DNA of 64,000 nt from an uncultured Candidatus Saccharibacteria bacterium (GCA_964459335.1 CAYWJX010000003.1:44-64043); one strand, 5' to 3'. Shown: positions 9,019-20,006, counted from the first letter of the stretch. The notes: generated from the sequence alone by a model not told the origin. Numbers and translations: made by a program.

Positions 9019-10749
9019 CTATTTTCTCAATTGTTGCTCCCTCATTTTGAGTTCGGCCAGCCGCTGGCCAATAGTCGTATCCGTGCTACCCTCGGCATAA
9101 AGCTTTTGGCGTAGGGCGCGCATCTCCTCTTCTATTAATATCCGCTCAACACTCTCGAGCAAAGTTTGTGCGACCACACTTTCGTCACCCTCGTCCTCCT
9201 CTTTGGTTACAGAACCAAGCGCGTCAAACTCAAAGCGCAGGCGCTCTGCATGAAGAGCCAGCGTCTCTTTAAGTGCGGCGATGCGCTCGGCGCCGAGCAA
9301 GCTCGTAAGCTTGGTTTGCACATCACCGTCTCCTTCAAACTGGTATAACAGCATGCCTGTGGCACGCTCAAGCGGCGTAAGCTCTTGTTGAGGAATAGCT
9401 ACCGGCGTCTTAGCATCGTCGGAGATGTCTGCTGGAGTGCTACGTACTTTTGCCACCTCGGAGCGCACGGCGTCCTCGGGCACTTCGAGCCTTTGCGCGA
9501 CAATGCCGATAAAATGCGACTGCTCAATGCGGCTTGGCATGGCTTTAATGAGCGGCAGTACTTGGTTTTGCACAAGGAGTTTGTACGCGCGGTTATCTTT
9601 GGCACCACGCCGGAGCACATCGAGGAAAAACTCCACGGCTGTTTTGGAGGTGCGCACTGCAGCTTTGAGGAGCTCCGGATTTTCTTTTGCTAAATCGGCC
9701 GGGTCTTTGCCGTCCTCGAAGGTGGGTATTTTTATATCAAACCCCATACCAAATGCCATGACGGCACTCTTGAGGCCGGCGCGTATGCCCGCCGAGTCGC
9801 CGTCGAGCGCAAGCACAAGACGTTTGCTTAGGCGCCCCAGCAAAGAAAGATGCTCGGGAGTTAACGCGGTGCCGGAAACGGCCACGGTATAGTCGAGGCC
9901 CGACTGGTGCGAGAGCACGAGATCAAACTGACCCTCAACCAGCAAGATGCAATCTTTTTTGCGTATAGCATTTTTTGCGCGGTCAAAACCATAAAGCACG
10001 CGCGACTTTTTAAACAGTATAGTTTCGGGCGAGTTTACATATTTGGCAGGGTCTCCGCCGGCTGGCGGACTCTCGTGCCCTTTTATATTTTCAAAAAAGC
10101 GGCCGGAGAAGGCAATGACTCTGCCGCCCGCGTCAAACAGCGGGAACATAATGCGCCCGCGAAAGCGGTCATATATCTCACCAGGCTTCCGCTCGCTGCG
10201 CGCCGCGAGCCCCGCTTCGACAATTTCATCTTTGGTAAAGCCAATATTTTGCAAATGGGTAGCAAGCTCCTCCCAATTGGCAGGCGCATATCCCAAGCGC
10301 CAGTGTTTAATAGTGTCCTCATGCACGCCGCGCGTATGCAAATATTCCTGCACTTCTTTTTTGTTTTTTAGTATTGATTCAAAAAAACTCGCCGCCGCTT
10401 CGCACGCCTCGTGCAAACGCTCCTCTTTGTTTTTGTCCTCATCCTGGTGCACGTTAAACTGCCGCGGCTTGAGCGTCACGCCGGCCTGTTTGGCCAATTG
10501 CTTGAGCGCAGTTGGGAAGTCGACACCTTCCATTTTTTCGACAAAGCTAAAGATGTCGCCCTTTTCGCCGCACCCAAAGCACATGTACGAGCCGCGCTCG
10601 GGGCTCACGTGGAAGGAGGGCGTTCGCTCTTTATGGAACGGGCACAGCCCCACAAAGTTGCGCCCCGCGCGCCGCAGAGTGAGATACTGCCCCACCACCT
10701 CGTTGATGGAGAGTTTGTCCTTTATATCCTGCACCTCAGAGTCTGCCAT
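9019..10749 (-). CDS. dnaG: DNA primase DnaG
   Basis: Zinc-finger motif CPFHKERTPSFHVSPERGSYMCFGCGEKGD, a TOPRIM region (LLVEGQFD, LALDGDSAG), and its position upstream of rpoD. The likely start is MADSEVQ at 10749. Confidence 0.9.
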   Translation of the reverse strand: MADSEVQDIKDKLSINEVVGQYLTLRRAGRNFVGLCPFHKERTPSFHVSPERGSYMCFGCGEKGDIFSFVEKMEGVDFPTALKQLAKQAGVTLKPRQFNVHQDEDKNKEERLHEACEAAASFFESILKNKKEVQEYLHTRGVHEDTIKHWRLGYAPANWEELATHLQNIGFTKDEIVEAGLAARSERKPGEIYDRFRGRIMFPLFDAGGRVIAFSGRFFENIKGHESPPAGGDPAKYVNSPETILFKKSRVLYGFDRAKNAIRKKDCILLVEGQFDLVLSHQSGLDYTVAVSGTALTPEHLSLLGRLSKRLVLALDGDSAGIRAGLKSAVMAFGMGFDIKIPTFEDGKDPADLAKENPELLKAAVRTSKTAVEFFLDVLRRGAKDNRAYKLLVQNQVLPLIKAMPSRIEQSHFIGIVAQRLEVPEDAVRSEVAKVRSTPADISDDAKTPVAIPQQELTPLERATGMLLYQFEGDGDVQTKLTSLLGAERIAALKETLALHAERLRFEFDALGSVTKEEDEGDESVVAQTLLESVERILIEEEMRALRQKLYAEGSTDTTIGQRLAELKMREQQLRK

Positions 10750-10823
10750 AGATACCACTAGTGTACACTCCAATATAAAACCCCGAGACTTGCGCCTCGG
10801 GGTTTTATATTTCGTTCTTTATA

Positions 10824-13800
10824 CTACGCTATTTCCTTTTCGCCCACTACTTCGGGAGAAACGGGTGCATATTTGTTGACCAATTTTTCCTTTGGCGAGC
10901 CTTTAAAGCCCGTGCCTGCCGGGATGAGCCGGCCGATGATGACGTTTTCTTTCAAGCCCTCGAGCTTGTCGACTGCGCCATAGACAGACGCTTTGATAAG
11001 CATGCGTGTCGTGTTTTGGAACGATGCCGCGGAGAGGAAGCTCGCGCGCGAGAGCGACACATCAAGAATGCCCATGATGAGCGGCTCGCCTTTTGCGGAT
11101 GCGCCGCTGTTTTCAATCATCGTATCGTTTGCAATGTTCATGTCGGATTCGCTCAACACATCGCCTACCGAGAGCTCCGTGTCGCCCACCTCTTTGATGC
11201 GCACACGGCTAAACATCTGATGCACAATGGTTTCGAGATGCTTGGTAGACACGCTTGCTCCTTGGAGCTCGTAGATTTTTACCACCTCGCTGATGATGTA
11301 GCTCTGCGTTTTTTCTTTACCGGCATAAGCAAAGAGCTCCGAGAGGTCGGCCGAGCCGTCGGTTAGGAATTGACCCTTCTCGATTTTGTCGCCCACCTTA
11401 ACGGTCGGGATGCGGCGGAAGCTTACTTCGTACTCGATTGTCTCTTTCTCTTTTTTACCTTTGCCGCGATACTCCAAATCCGGCGCTATAACGATTATTT
11501 TTTCTTTGCCTTCAACTTTTATTTCGACAACCTCGCCCGAGACGGTCGCAATAGCGGCCGGGTTGCGCGGGGCGCGGCGCTCAAAGATTTCCTCAACGCG
11601 CGGCAAGCCCTGTGTCACATCACCCTCGGCACTCGCGGCACCGCCGGCGTGCTTGATGTTCATGGTGAGCTGAGTGCCCGGCTCGCCGATTGCCTGTGCG
11701 GCAACGGTGCCCACGGCCTCGCCGATTGCAACCGGCTTCATCGTGCCCAAGTCGGAGCCGTAGCATTTGACACATACGCCGCGGCCCGCTTTACAGCTGA
11801 TTGGTGAGCGCACATACACACTTTCGATACCGCTCTCTTCGATACTCTTTGCATCGTGCTCCGTAAGCAATTGACCTTTTTTGTATGAGACATTGCCCTG
11901 CTCGATGTCCTCCGCGAGATAGCGGCCCTGGATATTTTTTGCCATAAAGGTGCCGATACCCGACGCGGACTGGCGGTACACTCTGATGCCCTCCTTGGTG
12001 CCGCACTCGTCCATCGAAACAACCACATCTTGCGCAACGTCAAAGAGACGGCGCGTGAGATATCCCGCCTTGGCGGTTGAGAGCGCGGTTGAGGCGAGCC
12101 CCGAGCGCGAGCCGTGCGTAGTGGTAAAGTAGTCAATCGGCGAAAGACCTTCCTTCATCGACTTGGTAACGGGGAGCTCGATTGTCTCGCCGGTTGGCGA
12201 TGCAATGAGACCCTTCATACCGGCCATTTGTGTCATTTGTGCAAGAGAACCGCGCGCGCCGGAGCGGAGCATGTCCTCCACCGAACCGTTTTTAGGCAAC
12301 GAAAGCGGAATGAGTTTTTCCACCTGCGACTTGGCAGCATGCCATACCTCGATGTTCATGCGATAACGCTCTTCCTCGGAGAGCAAACCCTCCTTCCAGT
12401 GCTGGATAATTTGTGCGCTCTTTAGGTCGGCGGCGTCAATGATGGCTTGTTTGCCCGGTGGGACGCGGATGTCGTCCAATGACCACGTGATGCCCGACTT
12501 GGTCACATAGCGGAAGCCGAAGTTTTTAACTTTGTCGAGAATGTCGGGGATGCGCTCGAGGCCGTAGCGACTGATGAGGTCATCAACGAGTTTAGCCATT
12601 GATTTTTTGTCGATAGCGTAGTTGATAAACGGATAGTCGCTCGGGAAGACGGTGTTAAAGAGGAGCCTGCCCACCGTGGTCTCAAAGAGCTGACCGCCAA
12701 ACTGCGCGTATTTTTCCTTCTCGCTCGGCAACACTTTTATTTTTGCCTGAAAGCCCACGTGGCCGTAGTCGTACGCGAGTATTGCGGAGTTGGGGCTAGA
12801 AAACGCCATACCTTCGCCTTGCATACCCTCGACCTCTTTGGTCATCCAATATGAACCGAGCAAGATGTCGAGGAGTTTGGTGGCAACTACCGGCTCGCCG
12901 TTGCCCGGTTTGAGGATGTTTTTAGGAGCGGCCATAATCTCGCGCGCTTCGGCCTGGGCTTCGGGAGAGAGCGGCACGTGCACGGCCATTTGGTCGCCGT
13001 CGAAGTCGGCATTAAACGCCGGACATACGAGCGGGTGGAGTTGGATAGCATTGCCTTCAATGAGTACCGGCTGGAAAGCCTGGATACCGAGGCGGTGCAG
13101 AGTTGGCGCGCGGTTGAGCATCACGTATTTGTCTTTGATAACATCCTCGAGAATTGCCCACACCTCCGGCACGCCCTCGTCGATAAGACGACCGGCACCA
13201 CGGATGTTGTAGGCAAGCTCCTTCTCCAAGAGTTTGCCGATGACAAACGGGCGGAAAAGCTCGAGTGCCATGTGCTTGGGCAAACCGCATTGGGAAAGTT
13301 TTAGTTCAGGACCGACAACGATAACCGAGCGGCCCGAGTAGTCGACGCGTTTGCCGAGCAGGTTTTGGCGGAAGAGACCGTGCTTACCCTTGAGATTGTC
13401 GGAGAGCGATTTAAGCGGGCGTGTGCGTGCTTGTGTCGTTGCCGAAAACGCCGCACCGCCGTGGCGAATAGAGTTGTCTATAAGCGCATCAATGGCTTCC
13501 TGTAAAATGCGCTTTTCGTTGCGGAGGATAACATCCGGCGCGTGTATCTCGAGTAATTTTTTGAGACGGTTGTTGCGGTTGATGACACGGCGGTAGAGGT
13601 CGTTGACGTCGGAGGTTGCGTGGCGGCCGCCTTCGAGTGCAACCATGGGGCGCAACCCCGGCGGTATAACCGGAATGCGCGTGAGGAACATCCACTCGGG
13701 GCGCACGTTGGCTTTGATCATACCGCGCAATACCGAGAGACGGCGCGAATATTTTTCGCGATTAGCGGCACTGGTCTTTTCGAGCGCAACTTCAGTCTCG

Positions 13801-16800
13801 GCGACCATATCTTTAAGATTGAGACCTTTGCAGAGGTCATAGAGCGCTTCTGCACCGATGCCGGCCTCAAACATTGCGCCATATTTAATGGCATAACGGT
13901 GATAGCGAGGCTCATCGAGTACGGAACCGACAAAAATACTTTCGATGTCGCGCTTGGCCTCGAGGTAAAGCTCCTTCATCTTATCCTTCGACTTATCGTC
14001 CTGGAGATTTTTGAGTTTGGTTTTGTACTCAGCTTCGAGCTCACCCACAATGCGCTCGCGCTCGGCCTTGTGCACCTTAGTGATGATGTAACCGGCAAAG
14101 TACACGACCTTTTCCAAATCGCCGGAGGCAATGGAGAGCACCGAGGCAAGGCGCGACGGTATCGCGCGGAGGAACCACACGTGTGCCACCGGCACAGCCA
14201 AGTCGACATGACCCATGCGCTCGCGGCGCACGATGGCGCGGGTGATTTCGACGCCGCACTTCTCGCAGATGATTCCTTTGTAACGGATGCCGCGATATTT
14301 GCCGCAGTAACACTCGTAGTCGCGCTCGGGACCAAAGATTTTTTCGTCAAAGAGAGAGTTTTTTTCCGGACGCTGGGTGCGGTAGTTGATAGTCTCAGGC
14401 TTGGTAACCTCGCCATGCGACCACTCCAAGATTTTTTCGGGGCTGGCCGGGCGGATGCGCACTGCGTCAAAGTCGGATGCCTCGGCACCCGGCGTTTTGC
14501 GGCTGTTTACAACCGACGAACCGCTCTTCATCAGCTCAACATCGAGCGCCAAGCCGCGGAGCGTGTGGAGAAGCACGTTAAAGGATGCCGGCGCGTAGTG
14601 CTGGGTGATGCGCTCGCCGCGCACGATTGAGTCAAACGCCGCCGAGCGTCCCATAATGTCGTCAGACTTTATCGTGAGCATCTCACGGAGCGTGTATGCC
14701 GCGCCGTAACCTAAGAGTGCCCACACTTCCATTTCGCCAAAGCGCTGACCACCGCCTTGTGCTTTGCCGCCCAAGGGCTGTTGCGTAATGAGCGAGTACG
14801 GACCGATAGAACGCATGTGGATTTTGTCCTCCACCATGTGATGAAGCTTGAGGATATACATGTAGCCGACTGAAATGTCTTGCTCAAACTTCTCTCCCGT
14901 GCGGCCGTCGTACAGCGGCATTTTGCCGTTTTCGTTAAAGCCTGCTTTTTTGAGCTCGGCGCGGATCTCCTCCTCTGTTGCGCCGACAAACGGCGGACAG
15001 ATTGCTTGATAGTTGAGCGTGTTAGCGGCAAGACCGAGATGCAACTCCAAAATTTGTCCGAGGTTCATGCGGCTCGGCACGCCCAAGGGAGTCAGTATCA
15101 CATCAACCGGGCGACCGTCTTCCATATAGGGCATGTCTTCCTCCGGCAAGATGCGCGAGATAACACCTTTGTTGCCGTGACGACCGGCGAGCTTGTCGCC
15201 CACCGACACTTTGCGCAACTGCGCCACCTCAATGTGGATGCGCTTGATGATGCCCGAGTCGAGATGATGCCCCGCTTCGCGCGAAAATACTTTTACGCTG
15301 ATGATGCGACCGCGCTTGCCGTTTTCCATGCGCAAGCTCGAGTCTTTAACATCACGCGCTTTGTCGCCAAAGATACTGCGGAGCAAACGCTCCTCGGGAG
15401 TGAGTTGAGTCTCGCCTTTTGGCGTAATTTTTCCTACTAAAATGTCGCCGGGGCGCACCTCGGAGCCCACTTGCACCACGCCGTCCTCGTCGAGATTGCG
15501 GAGTTTAGCTTCGGAAACGTTGGGGATGTCGTGCGTTGTTTCCTCGGGCCCCAGCTTGGTATCGCGCACGTTGCACACAAACTCCTCGATGTGTACCGAA
15601 GAAAACTTGGAGTCTTTAACAAGGCGCTCGCTGATGATGATGGCGTCTTCGTAGTTGGCACCGCTCCAGCACATAAACGCAACGAGTGCGTTTTGGCCGA
15701 GCGCAAGCTGGCCATGGTCGGACGATGACATGTCGGCGAGCAAATCGCCTTTTTTAACTTTTGTACCTGGCGAAACTGCGGGGCGCTGATGAAGCGCGGT
15801 AAAGCCGTTGGTGCGTACAAAGTTTACAAGCGCATACTCAACATCTTTGCCTTTTTCGTTTTTCACTACAATACGCTTGCCATCGGCGTGGGTTACAACG
15901 CCTGCCTCGGCGGCATAAATAAGACGGCCGGTGTCATGCGCTGCGCGCTCCTCGATGCCGGTAGCTACCAAAGGCGCCTCGGGCGCAATGACCGGCGTTG
16001 CCTGCTTTTGCATGTTGGAGCCCATGAGACTGCGGTTGGCATCGTCGTGCTCGAGAAACGGGATCATCGTCGTCGCGATAGAAAACGGCTGCTCGGGAGA
16101 CACGTCCATATAGTTAACCTCTTCACGAGGCACCTGCACCGGCTTGCCGTTTAAACGCGCGTCGGCAATATCCTCGAGGATATGGCCGTTGTCGTCTACT
16201 TGCGTTGCACCGTGCGCGATAATCTGCTTCTCTTCCTCGGCAGCGTTAAGATAATGAATTTCTTTTGTGACAACTCCCTTCTCTACTTTTACGTACGGAG
16301 TTTCGATCATGCCAAACGCGTTGATGCGCGCATATTGTGCGAGACGCAAAATAAGGCCGATGTTGGGGCCTTCGGGAGTGTGTATCGGGCAGAGCCTGCC
16401 GTAGTGGCTGGGGTGCACGTCGCGCACTTCAAAACCGGCACGCTCGCGTGTTAAGCCGCCGGGGCCCAGCGCCGAGAGCGTCCGCAAGTGCTCGAGCTCT
16501 TCAAGCGCGTTCGTTTGCTGCATAAACTGCGAGAGCTGGTTGGTGGTAAAAAATTCTTTGATGCGCGCTTGGAGCGGGCGCGGGTTTACAAACTGCTGTG
16601 GCAGTGAAGCGTCGGCATCAATCGTCGACATCCGGTCTTGGATATTGCGCTTCATGTGCGTGAGGCCAACGCGCAAACGTTGTGCAAGCATCTCGCCTAC
16701 ATAACGCACGCGGCGGCTCCCAAGATGGTCAATGTTATCCTCCATTGCGTCCGGATCGTGCTCGAGCTCGAGTACTTTGTTGAGCACGATCACGAGGTCA

Positions 16801-17669
16801 TCAAGGGAAAGCGTTTTGCGGCCAAGCTCTTTCTCATCGAGTGAGCCGTCAAAGCGCTGATTAAAGCGGAAGCGACCCACGCGCGAGAGGTCGTAGCGGT
16901 CCGCGCTAAAAATCGAGTCAATATATTCGCGCGCGTTTGCCGCTGTTGCCAAATCACCGTCGCGCAAGCGCTTGTGTATCTCAACATAGGCATCCTCGGC
17001 GGTTTTGGCCGGGTCTTTTTCTATGGCGCCCTCAATCCAGTGTTTGCCAAGCGGGTTTGAAGCAAAAAGCGATTTAAGGTCGCTGTCATAGCGCGCACCC
17101 AAAATGCGGAGCAACGAGGTCGCCGGGAACTTGCGCTTGCGGTCGATGCGCACTTGGAGCTCGCCCTGTGCATCGGCCTCAATCTCAATCCATGCGCCGC
17201 GTTGCGGGATTATTTTTGCGCCAAAGTGTATTTTGCCTTTGACTTCGTCGGATGTAAAAAACACGCCGTAGGAGCGTGCGAGCTGGGGTACGATAACGCG
17301 CTCGACTCCGTTGATGATAAACGTGCCGTGGCCCGTCATCAAAGGAAAATCGGCAAGGAAAATTTCCTGCTCCTGCTCGGAGCCCGTCGTTTTGTTTTTG
17401 AGCTTGACGATTGCGTGGAGCGGGATGTCGAGCGACATCTTTTGCTCTTTGGCATAGTGCTCGTCGTACTTTGCCTCCCCCAGCTCTATCTTGGAAAACT
17501 CGAGGTCAAATTTTTTGCCCGAGTAGTCGTTGATGGGCGTAAACTCTTTGAAAGCTTCTTTGACTCCCTCCTCCAGCAGGAGTTTGTAGGAGTCGACTTG
17601 CGCGGCGACCAAATTGGGCGTCTCAACGCGTGCGGGGCGATAACGGGCGAAGTATTTTTTTTCACGCAT
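10824..17669 (-). CDS. rpoBC: Fused RNA polymerase beta-beta' subunit (RpoB-RpoC in one 2281-aa ORF)
   Basis: The beta portion (about 17669-14530) carries beta hallmarks such as [13 protein letters not shown] and ends ...[12 protein letters not shown] linker [19 protein letters not shown] follows. The beta' portion (about 14474-10824) begins [22 protein letters not shown] and includes [22 protein letters not shown] and other beta' hallmarks. There is no stop between the two parts. Confidence 0.93.
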   Translation of the reverse strand: MREKKYFARYRPARVETPNLVAAQVDSYKLLLEEGVKEAFKEFTPINDYSGKKFDLEFSKIELGEAKYDEHYAKEQKMSLDIPLHAIVKLKNKTTGSEQEQEIFLADFPLMTGHGTFIINGVERVIVPQLARSYGVFFTSDEVKGKIHFGAKIIPQRGAWIEIEADAQGELQVRIDRKRKFPATSLLRILGARYDSDLKSLFASNPLGKHWIEGAIEKDPAKTAEDAYVEIHKRLRDGDLATAANAREYIDSIFSADRYDLSRVGRFRFNQRFDGSLDEKELGRKTLSLDDLVIVLNKVLELEHDPDAMEDNIDHLGSRRVRYVGEMLAQRLRVGLTHMKRNIQDRMSTIDADASLPQQFVNPRPLQARIKEFFTTNQLSQFMQQTNALEELEHLRTLSALGPGGLTRERAGFEVRDVHPSHYGRLCPIHTPEGPNIGLILRLAQYARINAFGMIETPYVKVEKGVVTKEIHYLNAAEEEKQIIAHGATQVDDNGHILEDIADARLNGKPVQVPREEVNYMDVSPEQPFSIATTMIPFLEHDDANRSLMGSNMQKQATPVIAPEAPLVATGIEERAAHDTGRLIYAAEAGVVTHADGKRIVVKNEKGKDVEYALVNFVRTNGFTALHQRPAVSPGTKVKKGDLLADMSSSDHGQLALGQNALVAFMCWSGANYEDAIIISERLVKDSKFSSVHIEEFVCNVRDTKLGPEETTHDIPNVSEAKLRNLDEDGVVQVGSEVRPGDILVGKITPKGETQLTPEERLLRSIFGDKARDVKDSSLRMENGKRGRIISVKVFSREAGHHLDSGIIKRIHIEVAQLRKVSVGDKLAGRHGNKGVISRILPEEDMPYMEDGRPVDVILTPLGVPSRMNLGQILELHLGLAANTLNYQAICPPFVGATEEEIRAELKKAGFNENGKMPLYDGRTGEKFEQDISVGYMYILKLHHMVEDKIHMRSIGPYSLITQQPLGGKAQGGGQRFGEMEVWALLGYGAAYTLREMLTIKSDDIMGRSAAFDSIVRGERITQHYAPASFNVLLHTLRGLALDVELMKSGSSVVNSRKTPGAEASDFDAVRIRPASPEKILEWSHGEVTKPETINYRTQRPEKNSLFDEKIFGPERDYECYCGKYRGIRYKGIICEKCGVEITRAIVRRERMGHVDLAVPVAHVWFLRAIPSRLASVLSIASGDLEKVVYFAGYIITKVHKAERERIVGELEAEYKTKLKNLQDDKSKDKMKELYLEAKRDIESIFVGSVLDEPRYHRYAIKYGAMFEAGIGAEALYDLCKGLNLKDMVAETEVALEKTSAANREKYSRRLSVLRGMIKANVRPEWMFLTRIPVIPPGLRPMVALEGGRHATSDVNDLYRRVINRNNRLKKLLEIHAPDVILRNEKRILQEAIDALIDNSIRHGGAAFSATTQARTRPLKSLSDNLKGKHGLFRQNLLGKRVDYSGRSVIVVGPELKLSQCGLPKHMALELFRPFVIGKLLEKELAYNIRGAGRLIDEGVPEVWAILEDVIKDKYVMLNRAPTLHRLGIQAFQPVLIEGNAIQLHPLVCPAFNADFDGDQMAVHVPLSPEAQAEAREIMAAPKNILKPGNGEPVVATKLLDILLGSYWMTKEVEGMQGEGMAFSSPNSAILAYDYGHVGFQAKIKVLPSEKEKYAQFGGQLFETTVGRLLFNTVFPSDYPFINYAIDKKSMAKLVDDLISRYGLERIPDILDKVKNFGFRYVTKSGITWSLDDIRVPPGKQAIIDAADLKSAQIIQHWKEGLLSEEERYRMNIEVWHAAKSQVEKLIPLSLPKNGSVEDMLRSGARGSLAQMTQMAGMKGLIASPTGETIELPVTKSMKEGLSPIDYFTTTHGSRSGLASTALSTAKAGYLTRRLFDVAQDVVVSMDECGTKEGIRVYRQSASGIGTFMAKNIQGRYLAEDIEQGNVSYKKGQLLTEHDAKSIEESGIESVYVRSPISCKAGRGVCVKCYGSDLGTMKPVAIGEAVGTVAAQAIGEPGTQLTMNIKHAGGAASAEGDVTQGLPRVEEIFERRAPRNPAAIATVSGEVVEIKVEGKEKIIVIAPDLEYRGKGKKEKETIEYEVSFRRIPTVKVGDKIEKGQFLTDGSADLSELFAYAGKEKTQSYIISEVVKIYELQGASVSTKHLETIVHQMFSRVRIKEVGDTELSVGDVLSESDMNIANDTMIENSGASAKGEPLIMGILDVSLSRASFLSAASFQNTTRMLIKASVYGAVDKLEGLKENVIIGRLIPAGTGFKGSPKEKLVNKYAPVSPEVVGEKEIA

Positions 17670-17721
17670 AGGGGGTTATATGCTTAGACACGTAATAATG
17701 AGAACGAGTCGGTTAATACGC

Positions 17722-17750
17722 AAAAAATCAGGGCGCGTAAAACGCTCCCC
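17722..17750 (-). promoter_or_regulatory. Leader hairpin plus T-tract (possible attenuator) in the rpoBC 5' UTR
   Basis: On the minus strand, GGGGAGCGTTTTACGCGCCC (6 of 7 bp paired) is followed by TGATTTTTT. It lies about 55-80 nt upstream of the rpoBC ATG. Confidence 0.35.
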
Positions 17751-17882
17751 TACTCAGCTTGCCTTAAGTTGAGATTAGGTGGCCTATGGCCTCTATTAAG
17801 TTTTGGAAACCCCTAGCCCTCAAAACTCATTCGATCCCTTAGCTTCCTTGCTTTGGGATGCCCGCTTTTGGTTTCGATACTC

Positions 17883-17910
17883 AGTATACGCGAACCGTAA
17901 AGTCTGTCAA
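17883..17910 (-). promoter_or_regulatory. Sigma-70-type promoter candidate for rpoBC
   Basis: On the minus strand, TTGACA-16 nt-TATACT. This would give a leader of about 200 nt. Confidence 0.55.
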
Positions 17911-17949
17911 ACCTACCTGTTAATAGCATGAAAATGCCTGTTGTATAAA

Positions 17950-17972
17950 GAAAAAAGCCGCCGGAGGCGGCT
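17950..17972 (-). terminator. Rho-independent terminator
   Basis: On the minus strand, AGCCGCC-TCC-GGCGGCT is followed by TTTTTT. Confidence 0.7.
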
Positions 17973-18330
17973 AGAAACGTGAGGCGGACCGTTCAACTCC
18001 TTTGATTGCTGTGTGGTGCATACGCACCAGCATGCTTCCCATGCTTCCGTGTTCGAAAAGAATGAAAAAATAGTCAGGAAATTTCGGGTCGGGTCCTTCG
18101 GCTATCCCTTCTACGTTTTTCGACAAAGGGATTGCTTCGCCAGCCAGACCTTCGCTCGATCCTACGAGAGGCATTACAATGCAGTCCTCTTTGGGCCGCA
18201 CCAGATTCCCAGCAATTGGCTTACACATGCAATCTTTCTCCCTTGGGCTTTTGGTACGCACTACAACAAAAACCAGTCTGAAGGAGAGCTTAAGATGGAA
18301 TGCTTTTTTGGTCAATAGAGGTTGTACACC
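17973..18330 (-). ncRNA. Candidate structured RNA of unknown class (or a doubtful 114-aa ORF at 17971-18315)
   Basis: Several perfect local hairpins on the minus strand: AGCATG-GGAAG-CATGCT, GGTGC-GTAT-GCACC and AGAGG..GCAT-TGTA-ATGC..CCTCT. The region ends in an intrinsic terminator. The overlapping ORF starts with TTG, uses codons that are rare elsewhere in the window (AGA, AGG, ATA, GGA), and has no recognisable motifs. Confidence 0.3.
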
Positions 18331-18336
18331 TTTATA

Positions 18337-19062
18337 TTATTTAGGATTGCTGCGTTTTTTGTTTTTCCACGCATCCAAGAGCTTGTGATTGCCCGAGAGC
18401 AATACTTTTGGCACGCGATATTTTTTACCTTTATATGTGAGAATTTCTGGGCGCGTGTACATCTCGTGGCTTGCCACCCGCCCTTCCTCGAGCGACTCAA
18501 GCTTGCCGAGCACACCCGGTATCTGCCGCGCCGTTGCGTCGATAATCGCAAGCGCCGGCACCTCGCCGCCGGTCAAAATGTAGGGGCCAACCGAGACCTC
18601 CTCGGCCTTTAACACTTTTTTAGCACGCGCATCTAACCCCTCGTAGCGGCCGCAAACAATAATCACCTCCGCATATTTTTTGCTCAAATTTTTTGCGTAA
18701 GCATTGGTCAAAGGCTTCCCGCCCGCCGCTGTTATTAAAACTTTTGTTTTGGTGGATTGATATATCAATCCACTCTTTTTTTTCTTAGAAATTTTTTTTA
18801 GGATACTCTCAACTGCGCGGATGACCGGCTCGGCTTGGATAATCATACCGGGGCCGCCGCCATACGGCCGCTCGTCAATTTTTTTGTATGACCACTCGCT
18901 TGCCCCGTGGCCGTTTTTCGGCTTTACGGGGCCTGCTACAAAATCGCGCAATTGGTAGCTTTGTATGCTTAAAATCTTCTCGCGCTGTGCACGCCCCAAG
19001 ATAGAAGCTTGTGCATAAGCATCTATAACCTCGGGGAAAAGGGTAACAACGTGAAATTTCAT
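18337..19062 (-). CDS. trmD: tRNA (guanine37-N1)-methyltransferase TrmD
   Basis: Motifs MKFHVVTLFPEVI, YGGGPGMI and CGRYEGLDAR. Confidence 0.9.
   Translation of the reverse strand: MKFHVVTLFPEVIDAYAQASILGRAQREKILSIQSYQLRDFVAGPVKPKNGHGASEWSYKKIDERPYGGGPGMIIQAEPVIRAVESILKKISKKKKSGLIYQSTKTKVLITAAGGKPLTNAYAKNLSKKYAEVIIVCGRYEGLDARAKKVLKAEEVSVGPYILTGGEVPALAIIDATARQIPGVLGKLESLEEGRVASHEMYTRPEILTYKGKKYRVPKVLLSGNHKLLDAWKNKKRSNPK
18752..18773. repeat. AT-rich perfect palindrome (family B), in frame inside trmD
   Basis: GTGGATTGATATATCAATCCAC (22 bp). It encodes SGLIYQST within a Lys-rich insertion of TrmD. Confidence 0.85.
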
Positions 19063-19077
19063 TATGCTCTTTGTAAC

Positions 19078-19506
19078 TTATTTAAGCTCTGCGCGCAATT
19101 TCATCCAAATGATGCCCATCATGTTTTTGCCTATGCCATCTTTGCCGATGCCCCAATACGGGTCGGGATAATTTTTAACAATTACATCATCTCCCGATGC
19201 TAGGAGCCCAGCATGCACATCCCTATGTTGCTCAAGTTTAAGCCGGCACAGCTCCTCCATCACCTCGGCTTTTTTGGCATCAAAATCAGCCATCTGTATT
19301 GCTTTATGCTTTTGCGAAATCTCCCACGCAAGGTAGGGGCTTTTTGCTTGGCGGATTTCTTCTTTTATAGCAACGTCGGTATAGCGGCTTGCATGATACG
19401 CATGCTCAACCGTTGGATACCACACGCCGTCGCACTCGATTGCGTGAGCCGAAAATGTTGCAAGAAACTTTTCGTACTGGTCGAGTGGATACAATTTGTC
19501 TGTCAT
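19078..19506 (-). CDS. NADAR (YbiA-like, DUF1768) domain protein
   Basis: The segment FSAHAIECDGVWYPTVEHAYHASRY resembles the NADAR core (xSxEHxxQ/H). The size, about 140 aa, also fits. Confidence 0.55.
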   Translation of the reverse strand: MTDKLYPLDQYEKFLATFSAHAIECDGVWYPTVEHAYHASRYTDVAIKEEIRQAKSPYLAWEISQKHKAIQMADFDAKKAEVMEELCRLKLEQHRDVHAGLLASGDDVIVKNYPDPYWGIGKDGIGKNMMGIIWMKLRAELK

Positions 19507-19559
19507 ACAAGTATAGTATTACACAAAACAAAAACTGCCCTTCGGGGCAGTTTTTTAAA

Positions 19560-19943
19560 TTAAAAATTGGAGAGGTCGCCCATCGCTTCGTCTATCGACT
19601 TCATGGCGGGCGTGGCCGGAGCCTCGTGCGTGCCGTCCCAACCTTGTGCTTGCGTGCCGCCTGTATCAGAGGCTGGACCGCCGGCGCGTGAGCCGCCTGC
19701 CGGCTCGTTGATTTTAAGATTGACGCGCGCATTGTGCTTCATCCCCACAACGCGGAGTAGTGTGCGGATTGCCTTGGCGGTATTGCCCGAGCGGCCAATA
19801 ACCTTGCCCATATCGTCACCATTGAGGTCGAGCGTGAGCAAGACGCCCATTTCATCGACAACGCGGCCAATTTTTACATCATCCGGATGCTCTACCAAGC
19901 CCTTAACCACGAACTCTAAAAATTCCTGATCTTTTTCTGCCAT
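19560..19943 (-). CDS. KH-domain RNA-binding protein (YlqC/UPF0109 family) with a C-terminal extension
   Basis: The motif GKVIGRSGNTAKAIRTLL (GxxG loop), and its position just downstream of rpsP as in the canonical rpsP-ylqC-(rimM)-trmD cluster. Confidence 0.8.
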   Translation of the reverse strand: MAEKDQEFLEFVVKGLVEHPDDVKIGRVVDEMGVLLTLDLNGDDMGKVIGRSGNTAKAIRTLLRVVGMKHNARVNLKINEPAGGSRAGGPASDTGGTQAQGWDGTHEAPATPAMKSIDEAMGDLSNF

Positions 19944-20006
19944 TTCGGTATATTTAATTTGTTAAAACCTACTTCCAGTTTATTCTGCAGGAGTCTCGTC
20001 TGCAAG

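Noticed and set aside
13620-14630. 336-aa plus-strand ORF, and many smaller ORFs inside 10824-17669
   Set aside because: They are antisense or out of frame relative to the fused rpoBC gene, with no independent signals.
17971-18315. 114-aa ORF considered as ribosomal protein L19 (rplS), because of its size and position after trmD
   Set aside because: It has none of the conserved L19 motifs in any of the three minus-strand frames. It also has a TTG start and rare codons. I treat it as a possible ncRNA locus instead.
17973-18330. Attempted assignment as RNase P RNA, tmRNA, SRP RNA or 6S RNA
   Set aside because: By eye I could not find GAGGAAAGUCC / ACAGAAnnnGGCUUA (RNase P), the GGGG...UUCGAC 5' end with a UCCACCA-type 3' end (tmRNA), or GGUCCGGAAGGAAGCAGC (SRP). 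The identity is left open pending covariance-model searches.
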